The position numbers and the translations under genes are program-made. A DNA stretch of 32,000 nucleotides from assembly GCF_001548095.1 (NCBI RefSeq), contig NZ_AP014815.1, positions 835,656 through 867,655 of the forward strand, written 5' to 3'. Under the pieces are notes generated by a model, which was given only the letters and a program-made list of their open reading frames with translations, was not told the origin of the DNA and ran no database searches. The stretch comes from Geminocystis sp. NIES-3708 (GTDB taxonomy: Bacteria > Cyanobacteriota > Cyanobacteriia > Cyanobacteriales > Cyanobacteriaceae). This document shows positions 8,697-18,260 of this stretch, piece after piece (the stretch's first letter is position 1; every line of letters begins with the position of its first letter).

Positions 8697-10718
8697 ATGT
8701 TCATAGATAATGAGCAATATCAAAAAAACTTAGTAACAAAAGTTAACGATTTAGAAGCTCAACTAAAAATAGCTCGTGATTATCAAACGGTTTTTGAAGC
8801 CGAGAAAGACTTATTCAATAGTTTAATGGGAATGCTTCCCTCTTTACAAACTAGCGGTTTTCCAGCCATGGGTAAATTATTAGATAATTGGATTGCTATT
8901 GCGGAATCTGCTGAAAATGGAAAAATTTTACAGTTAACACTACATCAGACAATGAAAATTGCCACGGAAGCAGTCAAAGCTGATAGTAGTAGTTTATTCA
9001 TCTTCAATCATGAACAAGAAATTTGTTATAGTGTCAACATGACTAGTAATTGTCAATTGACAGCAACTCAAAATCCAGAAACTATCGATTTAGATGAAGG
9101 TTTACTGGATTGGGTGAGAAAAAATCGAAAGATATGTTTAATCAAAGATATAGAAAATGACCCTCGTTGGTATCATAAATCACCTCAATCTTCTGGCATT
9201 CGCTCAGTATTAAGTCTTCCTCTACTAGCAGAAGAACAATTATTTGCGATTATTACCCTCAATCATTCTGATGTAGATTATTTTCAGCCAGAAATGGTGC
9301 AACTCATTGAATTAACTGCTCAAACTATTACTTTTATTATTGAAATTGCGGCGATAAAAATTGAAAAAGCAACTTCGGAAATTCAGAAAAAACTTCTTGA
9401 AAATTTAGTGGAAGTAGCGCGATCGCCAATTAAAAAAGATTTACTAAAACAAACTATCAGTCAAATTCTTGATTTAGCCGTAGATATTACCCATGCACAA
9501 AAAGGTAGTATGTTTTTGTTAGAAAGAGGAGGAGAAAAAGTAGTTGACGCAATTTTATCTCGTCGAGAATTACCTGCTGATGTGAGGGCAAAATTAATCG
9601 GCATGGTATTTAAAGATGGTTTTGCTGGTTGGATTATCCGAAATAAAGAAGCTGGTTTAATTGTTGATATTGAAAATGATAATCGTTGGACAAAATTAGC
9701 TAACGATAATACCAACACAAGATCTGCCATTGGTGTACCTATTAAAAGAGGTAATTATATTTTAGGGGTAATTATTCTCGAACATCCTGAAGTCAATCAT
9801 TTTAGTGGTGAAACCGTTAGTTTAATGCAAGTAACCGCAGATCAAATGGCATTAGTAATTGAAAATGCTTATTTATACTACGAAGTTCAACAATATGCTA
9901 GTACTTTAGATGAAGAATTACAAAAAGGTCGAGAAATGCAAAGAGATTTCTTACCAACAACAATAGTTCAACCTGAAAATTGGGAAATTGAAGCATTTTT
10001 AAATCCCGCTAAACAACTTTCTGGAGATTTTTATGATGTTTTCCCTATTGGTAATTATGTTGGCTTAGTCATTGCTGATGTTTGTGACAAAGGAGTCGGT
10101 AGTGCAATGTTTATGGCGTTAATGCGTAGCTTATTGCGTATTTTTGCTCGTAAAATTCAAACCCGTCAATTTGGAAGTGATTATTCTGCACAAACTGATT
10201 TTATATCTATTGCAGGTCAAGAAATTGATTTAGCTCAAATTGCACCTTTAGAAGCCATTAAATTCACTAACAATTATGTAGCTGATAATCATGGCAATAC
10301 AAATATGTTTGCTACTATCTTTTTCGGTATTCTTAATCCTAATAACGGAGTATTGACTTATATTAATGGTGGTCATGAGCCGATTTTAATTTTAGATCAG
10401 TTTGGTATAAAAAAAGAGCTTGATTCAACAGGTGCGGCGGTAGGAATGATGACTAATATGAAGTTTACCATTGAACAAACCACTCTTGAACCGGGGGATA
10501 TTCTTCTAGGTTATACCGATGGTGTAACAGATGGAAAAAATCCCGAAGGTAAATTATTTGGGAAGAAAAAATTAATAGAATTAATTCAAGGACAACCATT
10601 TAATTCTGCTACAGATTTACTTAATACGATCAAGGATAATTTGTTAGCTTATATTGGTGATGCTCCGCAATTTGATGATATTACTCTTTTGTCTGTAATG
10701 CGAAAAATTGATAACTAA
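8697..10718 (+). CDS. GAF-GAF-PP2C (SpoIIE/RsbU-type) serine phosphatase
   Basis: 673 aa. An N-terminal coiled-coil-like segment is followed by two GAF-like modules. The C-terminal PP2C region carries LSGDFYDVF, VIADVCDKGVGSAMFMA, INGGHEP, GYTDGVTD and FDDITLL. Confidence 0.85.
   Translation: MFIDNEQYQKNLVTKVNDLEAQLKIARDYQTVFEAEKDLFNSLMGMLPSLQTSGFPAMGKLLDNWIAIAESAENGKILQLTLHQTMKIATEAVKADSSSLFIFNHEQEICYSVNMTSNCQLTATQNPETIDLDEGLLDWVRKNRKICLIKDIENDPRWYHKSPQSSGIRSVLSLPLLAEEQLFAIITLNHSDVDYFQPEMVQLIELTAQTITFIIEIAAIKIEKATSEIQKKLLENLVEVARSPIKKDLLKQTISQILDLAVDITHAQKGSMFLLERGGEKVVDAILSRRELPADVRAKLIGMVFKDGFAGWIIRNKEAGLIVDIENDNRWTKLANDNTNTRSAIGVPIKRGNYILGVIILEHPEVNHFSGETVSLMQVTADQMALVIENAYLYYEVQQYASTLDEELQKGREMQRDFLPTTIVQPENWEIEAFLNPAKQLSGDFYDVFPIGNYVGLVIADVCDKGVGSAMFMALMRSLLRIFARKIQTRQFGSDYSAQTDFISIAGQEIDLAQIAPLEAIKFTNNYVADNHGNTNMFATIFFGILNPNNGVLTYINGGHEPILILDQFGIKKELDSTGAAVGMMTNMKFTIEQTTLEPGDILLGYTDGVTDGKNPEGKLFGKKKLIELIQGQPFNSATDLLNTIKDNLLAYIGDAPQFDDITLLSVMRKIDN
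9419..9426. repeat. HIP1 octamer GCGATCGC
   Basis: Exact match, inside the GAF-PP2C gene. Confidence 0.95.
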
Positions 10719-10888
10719 AAATTTATTCAGCAGACTATGAACATAAAATATTTTATCTGTATTTATTGTACGTGATATTTCAGAATAAATAAGATTACTA
10801 GCAAAAAATAGCCATAAATCATTGTAAATCTCTATATTTAGCGATATGATGATAAATAAGTAGAAAATCTTAACTATCATCGGAATTT

Positions 10889-11140
10889 ATGGATATTAAA
10901 TTAATTAACATCGGTTTTGGTAATATTGTTACAGCTAACCGAGTTATTGCTATTGTAAGTCCAGAATCAGCCCCCATTAAACGTATTATTAGCGATGCTA
11001 GAGAAAAGGGTCTTTTAATTGATGCTACTTATGGCAGAAGAACTAGAGCAGTTATCATAACCGATTCGAGTCATGTTGTTTTGTCTGCTATTCAACCAGA
11101 AACCGTAGCTAATCGATTTGTTACCCATGTAGAAAAATAG
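10889..11140 (+). CDS. DUF370 / RemA-family small DNA-binding protein
   Basis: 83 aa: [73 protein letters not shown], the characteristic RemA/YlzA pattern. It lies immediately upstream of gmk, as in Firmicutes. Confidence 0.85.
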   Translation: MDIKLINIGFGNIVTANRVIAIVSPESAPIKRIISDAREKGLLIDATYGRRTRAVIITDSSHVVLSAIQPETVANRFVTHVEK

Positions 11141-11255
11141 ACTTCTAACTGAAGTTCGGTAACAGCTAATAGGTAATGATAATAAGAATTGATTATTTCT
11201 GCTTCTATATTTATTGTATTTTTTATTTTGCAAGAGGTCTATTAAAATCACCGTC

Positions 11256-11816
11256 ATGAGTCAAGAAGGTAAATTAGTCGTAATTACCGGACCTAGCGGA
11301 GTCGGAAAAGGTACGATTGTTAAATCATTATTGGCAAAAAATCCAGAAATTTTCTTGTCAATTTCGGCGACAACTCGCTCTCCTCGTCAGGGAGAAGTTG
11401 ATGGTAAAGACTATTATTTTTTGTCTCATGTTCAATTTGAGGAGATGATAAATAATTCTGAATTATTAGAATGGGCTGAGTATGCAGGAAATTACTATGG
11501 CACACCAAAAAAACCTGTCCTAACACAAATCACAGAGGGTAAAATTGTTGTTTTAGAAATTGAGGTTGTTGGGGCAAATCAAGTTAAAGAAAGTTTTCCT
11601 ACCGCCACCAGAATTTTTATATTACCTCCTTCTGTGAATGAATTAGAAAAACGATTGAGAGGTAGAGGTACAGATGTTGATGAAATAGTTACAAAACGTT
11701 TGATTAAAGCTAAAGAAGAATTAGCTGTTAGTCATGAGTTTGATTATCAGATTATTAATGATACCTTAGAAGAAGCGGTCGCCGATGTTGAACAGACCAT
11801 TAAAAATCTCATATAG
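11256..11816 (+). CDS. gmk: Guanylate kinase
   Basis: It starts MSQEGKLVVITGPSGVGKGT (P-loop) and continues ...TTRSPRQGEVDGKDYYF...EWAEYAGNYYGT. The 14 codons upstream of this Met in the track ORF (from 11214) look non-coding. Confidence 0.92.
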   Translation: MSQEGKLVVITGPSGVGKGTIVKSLLAKNPEIFLSISATTRSPRQGEVDGKDYYFLSHVQFEEMINNSELLEWAEYAGNYYGTPKKPVLTQITEGKIVVLEIEVVGANQVKESFPTATRIFILPPSVNELEKRLRGRGTDVDEIVTKRLIKAKEELAVSHEFDYQIINDTLEEAVADVEQTIKNLI

Positions 11817-11847
11817 TTAGATTACTGTCTTAATAAGTTTTTTGTAA

Positions 11848-13647
11848 TTAGCTTTCCGTAGTAGCCAACATTTGTAACTTATATAAACTAGAGTATAATC
11901 CATTTTGTATAAGTAATTGATCATGACTGCCCGATTCGATTAATTCTCCATGTTTTAATACCAAAATTTTATCCACATTGCGAATGGTTGAAAGACGATG
12001 AGCGATAATAATAGCAGTCTTATTAACTAAAAGTTTATCTAAGGCTTGTTGAGTATCTGCTTCAGTAGCAACATCTAAACTTGAAGTGGCTTCATCCAAC
12101 ACAAGTATATTAGGATTACGAATGGCGACTCTAGCAAAGGCTAAAAGTTGTTTTTGCCCACCAGAAAGATTTGCTCCTCTTTCTCTTAATTGAGTATCAT
12201 ATCCTTGGGGTAATTGATTGATAAATTTATCAATATTGGTAATTTCGGCGGCTTGTTTTATTTTTTCAAAGGAATATTCTTCTCCTAGAGTGATATTACG
12301 TTTCACGTCACCAGCAAAGATAAAACTTTCTTGTAAAATTACACCAATATGACTTCTTAATTCTTTTTGATTAATGTCTTTGATGTCAATACCGTCAACT
12401 AAAATTCTCCCTTTTGTTGGTTCATATAAACGACATAATAAACGAATTATAGAACTTTTTCCCGCACCTGTAGGACCTACTAAAGCAACTTTTTCTCCTG
12501 GTTTAATGGTAAAGTCAAGATTTTTTAAGACATATTCATCAGGTTTATAAGCAAACCAAACATTTTCAAATTTTATTTCGCCAATTTGTTGATTTTCTTG
12601 ATCGATATTAAAGCTAATATTATCTTCACGATCTTTAATTTCTAAAGGAATACTCATCAATTCAGTAATTCTTTCAATAGCAGTAAATCCCGATTGAAAC
12701 ATGGTAAATTTATCCGCAAATTGACGCAAAGGATCGAATAATCTTTGAGAATAAAGAATAAAAGCTGACAATATCCCAAATGTTAGTTTATCCTCTAAAA
12801 TAAATAATCCTCCTACCCATAATACTCCTGCGATCGCCACTAAAGAAATCCATTCTAAAGTAGCAGATACTGCGGAGTCATGAAAAATGGTTTTATCAAT
12901 GGCTTTTAAGTATCTATAATTAACATTACGGAACATTTCACTATTATATTTTTCTCGTCGAAATAATTGCACGATATTAATACCCACAACATTTTCCTGC
13001 AACATAGAGTTAAGTAAAGACAATTCTTCCCTTGCCGCATAATTTGCAATACGATATTGTTTTTGAAAATAGATAATTAAAGCTGTGACAGGAATCAACA
13101 TTAATACCAACATAGAAGCCAACTGCCATTGAAGAGAAAACATTGTCAAAATAATAACTAAAATAGAAACTAAATCACTAAGAATACCAATTGCACCTGT
13201 AGCAAAAACGTCTCCTAATGCTTCCACATCATTAGTAATTCTTGTTACCAATTTTCCGACGGGAGTTTTATTAAAAAAATTAGACCCTAAAGAAGTAACA
13301 TGATTAAATAAATCTTCTCGAATAAATGCTGTTATTTCTTGTCCGACTTTTTGTACTAAAAATCCTTGCCACGCTTGAAAAATAGTTCTAATAATAATAG
13401 TTAAAAGTAAAATAAAAGCTAATACATTTAATCCATTAGAGACAGAATAAGATTTTAAAAATGACCATGTAGGTTCATTTCTTAACAGTGAGATTGCTTG
13501 TCCTACAAGAAGAGGTTGAACTGCACCTGCTAAAGATAAAGGAATTAATAAAATTAAAGAAATTAATAAAATAGAGGAATTTCGTTTAGCATAAGGGGCA
13601 ATTTTTAACAGTAATCCCCAATCATTTTCTTTGACATTTATCTGCAT
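11848..13647 (-). CDS. ABC exporter, fused permease/ATPase half-transporter (MsbA/MdlB-like)
   Basis: 599 aa with an N-terminal 6-TM domain, then Walker A GPTGAGKSS, signature LSGGQKQ and Walker B ILVLDEATS. Confidence 0.88.
   Translation of the reverse strand: MQINVKENDWGLLLKIAPYAKRNSSILLISLILLIPLSLAGAVQPLLVGQAISLLRNEPTWSFLKSYSVSNGLNVLAFILLLTIIIRTIFQAWQGFLVQKVGQEITAFIREDLFNHVTSLGSNFFNKTPVGKLVTRITNDVEALGDVFATGAIGILSDLVSILVIILTMFSLQWQLASMLVLMLIPVTALIIYFQKQYRIANYAAREELSLLNSMLQENVVGINIVQLFRREKYNSEMFRNVNYRYLKAIDKTIFHDSAVSATLEWISLVAIAGVLWVGGLFILEDKLTFGILSAFILYSQRLFDPLRQFADKFTMFQSGFTAIERITELMSIPLEIKDREDNISFNIDQENQQIGEIKFENVWFAYKPDEYVLKNLDFTIKPGEKVALVGPTGAGKSSIIRLLCRLYEPTKGRILVDGIDIKDINQKELRSHIGVILQESFIFAGDVKRNITLGEEYSFEKIKQAAEITNIDKFINQLPQGYDTQLRERGANLSGGQKQLLAFARVAIRNPNILVLDEATSSLDVATEADTQQALDKLLVNKTAIIIAHRLSTIRNVDKILVLKHGELIESGSHDQLLIQNGLYSSLYKLQMLATTES
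12830..12837. repeat. HIP1 octamer GCGATCGC
   Basis: Exact match, inside the ABC exporter gene. Confidence 0.95.
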
Positions 13648-13760
13648 TTTTATATAGTAATTTTATGATAATGAGTAAGTTTATAATAACATTTTTTTAA
13701 AATTAAATTTTAAAAAGAATTTCAGATAAATTTTAGATCATTAATTAGATAATAATTTGA

Positions 13761-14534
13761 CTAAAATATATCATTAACGAAATCAATTAAAGTTGACATC
13801 GTAGTAATAAAAGAAGGTAATTTTTCTGTTATATTTTTAGCAATAAAAGACTTATCAAAAAATTTTAACATTCCTCTTTGTTGAGGGTTATTAATTTCAT
13901 CATAAAAATTAATCGTAGCAAAGCATATTTTAGGCAATGTTTTGGCATTATAAGAAATATCATATTTATCTTTAACTGAGCAATCATTAGACATCGCTAT
14001 TTCCATTAATAATTTCCATTTATAAGTTTGTGAGGCTCTTTCTCTTAAGGAAGTTTTTAAGGATAAAATTAAACATTGATCCAGTATATTATTAGCATTA
14101 AGAGAATAAATAACTAAATCACAATCTGGTTTTTGGGTTTCATCACCAATATAAATAGTAGCAATATCTTTAAATCCTTCAATCAAAGAAAGTTGACTAG
14201 TAATAAAAATATTTTTCTTAATATTGTCTATTATTTTATTCTGTAAAAATATATAAATTACTGCAAAAGGAAAAGTATTCCCCACCACACTTTTACTAGC
14301 CTGTTTTTTATCTTTTATAACACCTTCTTTTAGTCTATTTTCTAACATTAAATCAACTTCATTATGGGCTTCAGTAATGATTGTATATAACTCATTAAAA
14401 ACTAACTTAAACCCTTCTTTTTTATCTTTAAAATTAACAATAAAATCATCAATTCTTGATAAAGTAGGCTGCATATAATAAGTATTTTTAATTTTCTTTA
14501 ATTCTTTAGTTTCTTGGCTATTTAATTGATACAT
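13761..14534 (-). CDS. Putative Type II restriction endonuclease (PD-(D/E)xK-like), partner of the adjacent m5C methyltransferase
   Basis: 257-aa ORF starting 4 nt after the methyltransferase stop on the same strand. It carries a candidate catalytic pattern PDCDLVIY...(15 aa)...LSLKTSLRER. It is very AT-rich (about 23% GC on a spot count). No family assignment is possible without a search. Confidence 0.6.
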   Translation of the reverse strand: MYQLNSQETKELKKIKNTYYMQPTLSRIDDFIVNFKDKKEGFKLVFNELYTIITEAHNEVDLMLENRLKEGVIKDKKQASKSVVGNTFPFAVIYIFLQNKIIDNIKKNIFITSQLSLIEGFKDIATIYIGDETQKPDCDLVIYSLNANNILDQCLILSLKTSLRERASQTYKWKLLMEIAMSNDCSVKDKYDISYNAKTLPKICFATINFYDEINNPQQRGMLKFFDKSFIAKNITEKLPSFITTMSTLIDFVNDIF

Positions 14535-14538
14535 TATA

Positions 14539-15537
14539 TTAAAAAGTAAAGGATAATTCTAATTGTTGAACTTTTGAATAATTTTGAGTTATAAACTCAG
14601 GATAATTTAAAGATTTAATCATCTCTTTAGCAATTTCTTTTACAATAGGTACAGCCACAGAATTTCCAAATTGTTTATAAGCTCTAGTGTCACTAACATT
14701 TATTTTAAAATCATCAGGAAAACCTTGTAATCTTGCACATTCTCTAGGAGTTAATCGCCTTGGATTTTTGTTTATTTGAGGTATTAAAATTTCTGAACCA
14801 TCTTTATAATACCTAGCACTTAGGGTGCGTGTTTTCCCTTTTAAATCAACTAAACCAAAACCAAAACCGTTACCCTTTTCTTTATGTTTTTGTGCATAAT
14901 TTTGTAAATATTGCCAAAGATGATCACTTAAAGTATATTTGTTATCAATATTTGACTCTAAGATGTCTTCTATATTTATCTCCACAGGATTTATTTGAGG
15001 AAATGTAAACTTTATTGGTTGTTTAAAACCAACTAAAAAAATTCTTTTACGATGTTGAGGAAGAAGTAAACTAGAATCTATAACCTGATAATAAAGGTAG
15101 TATCCCAATTCTTGGGTTAAAGTTTTTTCTATCGTCCTAAAAGTTTTACCTTTATCATGACTGAGAAGATTTTTAACATTTTCCAACAAAAAAGCTTGAG
15201 GCGATTTATCTCTTAAAATTCTAACAATTTCAAAAAATAAAGTACCTTGAGTTGAATGATTAAAACCATGGGGATTACCTAGAGAATTATGTTTAGAAAC
15301 TCCAGCAATACTGAAAGGTTGACAAGGAAAACCACCTGTTAAAATATCATGGTCAGGAATATCTTTTGAAAGAATTTTTTGTATATCACCAGCAGGAATG
15401 TGTCCAAAATTATCATAATAAGTTTGCTGAGAAAATTTATCCCATTCCGAAGCAAAAATACATTCACAACCTAATGATTGAAAAGCTAATCTAAACCCTC
15501 CTATTCCTGCAAATAAATCAATAAATTTTAGTGACAT
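14539..15537 (-). CDS. DNA (cytosine-5) methyltransferase
   Basis: 332 aa with canonical m5C motifs in order: I FAGIGGF, IV GGFPCQPFS, VI ENV, VIII QHRKRIF, IX RRLTPRECARLQGFP and X GNSVAVP. Confidence 0.93.
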   Translation of the reverse strand: MSLKFIDLFAGIGGFRLAFQSLGCECIFASEWDKFSQQTYYDNFGHIPAGDIQKILSKDIPDHDILTGGFPCQPFSIAGVSKHNSLGNPHGFNHSTQGTLFFEIVRILRDKSPQAFLLENVKNLLSHDKGKTFRTIEKTLTQELGYYLYYQVIDSSLLLPQHRKRIFLVGFKQPIKFTFPQINPVEINIEDILESNIDNKYTLSDHLWQYLQNYAQKHKEKGNGFGFGLVDLKGKTRTLSARYYKDGSEILIPQINKNPRRLTPRECARLQGFPDDFKINVSDTRAYKQFGNSVAVPIVKEIAKEMIKSLNYPEFITQNYSKVQQLELSFTF

Positions 15538-15798
15538 TTACTATTAACCAATTTGAGTAATTAGAGATATTTTAAAATCTGATATTCATCTTATCATAGT
15601 TATTTATTATGACTAAAAAATCATCTTAAAGTTAGCCTATGAAGAAGAGTTAATTTGATTCAATACTCTTTATTCTTTGTATAAGAGTACAATATTTAGC
15701 ATATAATAAAATCAGACCTAGTTTTCTTAAACTGATAAGATTTTTTGTAGGTCAGAAGATGTTAAAATATCGTCATCAATACATTAAAGTAAGTACCC

Positions 15799-17427
15799 GT
15801 GACTATAGCAGATACTATCCCCACCAAAGCACAAGATATAGATACTGACATTGATTCTAGCATTCATATTCAACGTCAAATGATCGTCATTCTCGATTTC
15901 GGTTCTCAATATTCCGAATTAATCGCCCGTCGCATCCGAGAAACAGAGGTTTATTCTGAGGTTATTTCTTATCGTACTACTGCAGAAAAATTAAGAGAAA
16001 TTAATCCTAAAGGCATTATTCTTTCAGGTGGTCCTAGTTCAGTTTATGACGATCATGCTCCTGTTTGTGATCCTGAAATTTGGCAGTTAGGCATTCCCGT
16101 GTTAGGAGTCTGTTATGGAATGCAGTTGATGGTCAAACAGTTAGGTGGTAAGGTCGAAAGGGCAAAAAGAGGTGAATATGGTAAGGCTTCTTTACACATT
16201 GACGATCCCACAGATTTACTTACCAATGTAGAACAGGGATCAACTATGTGGATGAGTCACGGAGATTCTTGTACGCAGTTACCTGATGGTTTCAAAATTC
16301 TAGCCCATACTGATAATACCTCTTGTGCGGCGATCGCAGAACATAAACAAAAACTTTTCGGTGTGCAGTTCCATCCTGAAGTAATTCATTCGGAATATGG
16401 TACGGCTCTAATCCGAAATTTTGTCTATCATATTTGCGTTTGCGAACCTACGTGGACAACAAAAACTTTTGTAGAAGAGTCCATTAAAGAAATTCGTGCT
16501 AGAGTGGGTGATAAAAGAGTATTATTAGCATTGTCTGGTGGTGTTGATTCTTCTACCCTTGCCTTTTTACTCCATGAAGCCATAGGAGATCAACTTACTT
16601 GTATGTTCATAGATCAAGGTTTCATGCGTAAAGGTGAACCAGAAAGACTTGTAGAGCTTTTTGATCAACAGTTTCATATTAATGTCGAATATGTTAATGC
16701 TAGGGAAAGATTCTTAGAAAAATTAAAAAACATTACAGATCCTGAAGAAAAACGTCGTTTAATTGGACACGAATTTATCCAAGTATTTGAGGAAGAATCT
16801 AATCGTTTAGGACCATTTGACTTTTTAGCCCAAGGTACATTATACCCCGATGTGATCGAATCTGCTGATACCAATGTTGATCCGAAAACAGGAGAAAGAG
16901 TTGCCGTCAAAATCAAAAGTCATCACAACGTTGGAGGTTTACCTAAAAACCTGCGCTTCAAATTAGTCGAGCCTTTGCGGAAATTATTTAAAGATGAAGT
17001 ACGTAAAGTAGGTAGATCAATCGGCTTACCAGAAGAAATTGTATCTCGTCATCCCTTTCCTGGACCTGGTTTAGCTATTCGTATATTAGGGGAGGTTACT
17101 TCTGAAAAATTAAATATTCTTCGAGATGCTGATTTTGTTGTTAGAGATGAAATCAAAAAATGGGATATGTACCATGATTTTTGGCAAGCATTTGCAGTAT
17201 TACTACCCGTTAGAAGCGTTGGTGTAATGGGTGATCAACGAACCTATGCTTTTCCTATAGTCTTGCGTTTAATTACTAGTGAAGATGGTATGACTGCAGA
17301 TTGGGCAAAACCACCTTATGATTTATTAGAAGCGATTTCTAATCGTATGGTTAATGAGGTGAAAGGGGTTAATCGTGTGGTTTATGACATCACCTCGAAA
17401 CCCCCAGGTACTATTGAATGGGAGTAA
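15799..17427 (+). CDS. guaA: GMP synthase (glutamine-hydrolysing)
   Basis: 542 aa with a GTG start. It has a GATase domain ([12 protein letters not shown]), a PP-loop SGGVDSS, and the C-terminal dimerisation domain ending IEWE. Confidence 0.95.
   Translation: MTIADTIPTKAQDIDTDIDSSIHIQRQMIVILDFGSQYSELIARRIRETEVYSEVISYRTTAEKLREINPKGIILSGGPSSVYDDHAPVCDPEIWQLGIPVLGVCYGMQLMVKQLGGKVERAKRGEYGKASLHIDDPTDLLTNVEQGSTMWMSHGDSCTQLPDGFKILAHTDNTSCAAIAEHKQKLFGVQFHPEVIHSEYGTALIRNFVYHICVCEPTWTTKTFVEESIKEIRARVGDKRVLLALSGGVDSSTLAFLLHEAIGDQLTCMFIDQGFMRKGEPERLVELFDQQFHINVEYVNARERFLEKLKNITDPEEKRRLIGHEFIQVFEEESNRLGPFDFLAQGTLYPDVIESADTNVDPKTGERVAVKIKSHHNVGGLPKNLRFKLVEPLRKLFKDEVRKVGRSIGLPEEIVSRHPFPGPGLAIRILGEVTSEKLNILRDADFVVRDEIKKWDMYHDFWQAFAVLLPVRSVGVMGDQRTYAFPIVLRLITSEDGMTADWAKPPYDLLEAISNRMVNEVKGVNRVVYDITSKPPGTIEWE
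16330..16337. repeat. HIP1 octamer GCGATCGC
   Basis: Exact match, inside guaA. Confidence 0.95.
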
Positions 17428-17455
17428 ATAATTAATAATTAACAATTAACAAGCA
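17428..17455. repeat. Heptamer tandem array (4 units) starting 1 nt after the guaA stop
   Basis: The sequence reads ataatta ataatta acaatta acaagca. Confidence 0.65.
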
Positions 17456-17498
17456 AAATTTTTGTAGCACAGTATAAAATTATTACTAATTACTTATT

Positions 17499-18152
17499 AT
17501 GTTTTTATTTGGACTCGGAGACAAAAAATTAACCTTACCAACTCCAACCGAAGCCTTACCCGGAAGAAGCAATAAAATGCCAATTCCCAAACAGCATTAT
17601 ATTAACGGTAATCCCATGACTCCCCCCTATCCTGAAAAAATGGAAATGGCTATGTTTGGGATGGGTTGTTTTTGGGGTGCGGAAAAAAAATTTTGGTTAC
17701 TAGAAAAAGGTATTTATATCACTGCTGTAGGTTATGGGGCTGGTTTTACCCCAAATCCTACCTATGAAGAAGTTTGTAGTGGTAGAACAGGTCATAATGA
17801 AGTGGTTTTAGTAGTTTTTGACCCCACTATTATCTCCTATGAAACTCTTTTAAAAGTATTCTGGGAAAATCACGATCCAACTCAAGGTATGCGTCAAGGA
17901 AATGATAAAGGGACTCAGTATCGTTCAGGTATTTATACTTATTCTGAAGAGCAACAAATTCTAGCGGAAAAATCAAGAATTTTATTTCAATCGGAATTAA
18001 AGAAAGCTGGTTATGGTGAAATTACTACGGAAATTATCCCCGCCCCTGAATTTTATTTTGCGGAAGGTTATCATCAACAATACCTAGGAAAAAATCCTAA
18101 TGGTTATTGTGGTTTAGGTGGCACAAAAGTTTGTTGCCCTGTTTTAAATTAA
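17499..18152 (+). CDS. msrA: Peptide methionine (S)-sulfoxide reductase MsrA, cytoplasmic type
   Basis: 217 aa with the active site GMGCFWG. The N-terminal region aligns from residue 1 with my recollection of E. coli MsrA (ALPGR...MP). It has no signal peptide. Confidence 0.92.
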   Translation: MFLFGLGDKKLTLPTPTEALPGRSNKMPIPKQHYINGNPMTPPYPEKMEMAMFGMGCFWGAEKKFWLLEKGIYITAVGYGAGFTPNPTYEEVCSGRTGHNEVVLVVFDPTIISYETLLKVFWENHDPTQGMRQGNDKGTQYRSGIYTYSEEQQILAEKSRILFQSELKKAGYGEITTEIIPAPEFYFAEGYHQQYLGKNPNGYCGLGGTKVCCPVLN

Positions 18153-18260
18153 AATATTGAATTTGATTTGTGTTTAAGAGTTATTGACTAAAAAAGTCAT
18201 GACTATATTATTATTTAAACCTGAATACTATAATTTTAAACACAAACTAGAAATATTTTT

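Noticed and set aside
11214-11255. N-terminal extension of gmk (MYFLFCKRSIKITV) given by the track ORF.
   Set aside because: Guanylate kinases begin a few residues before the P-loop. The internal Met at 11256 gives the canonical N-terminus, and the extension is hydrophobic low-complexity sequence.
13694-13716. Perfect 10-bp inverted repeat TTTTTAAAAT-TAA-ATTTTAAAAA downstream of the putative restriction gene, considered as a terminator.
   Set aside because: The stem is entirely A/T and therefore very weak. No U-run follows on the minus strand. Such palindromes arise easily in sequence of about 15% GC.
18153-18260. Pho-box (SphR) tandem repeats PyTTAAPyPy(T/A) upstream of pstS.
   Set aside because: TTTAAACC and TTTAAACA, 21 nt apart, superficially resemble the box but violate the pyrimidine at position 6. 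No three-repeat 11-nt phasing is present.
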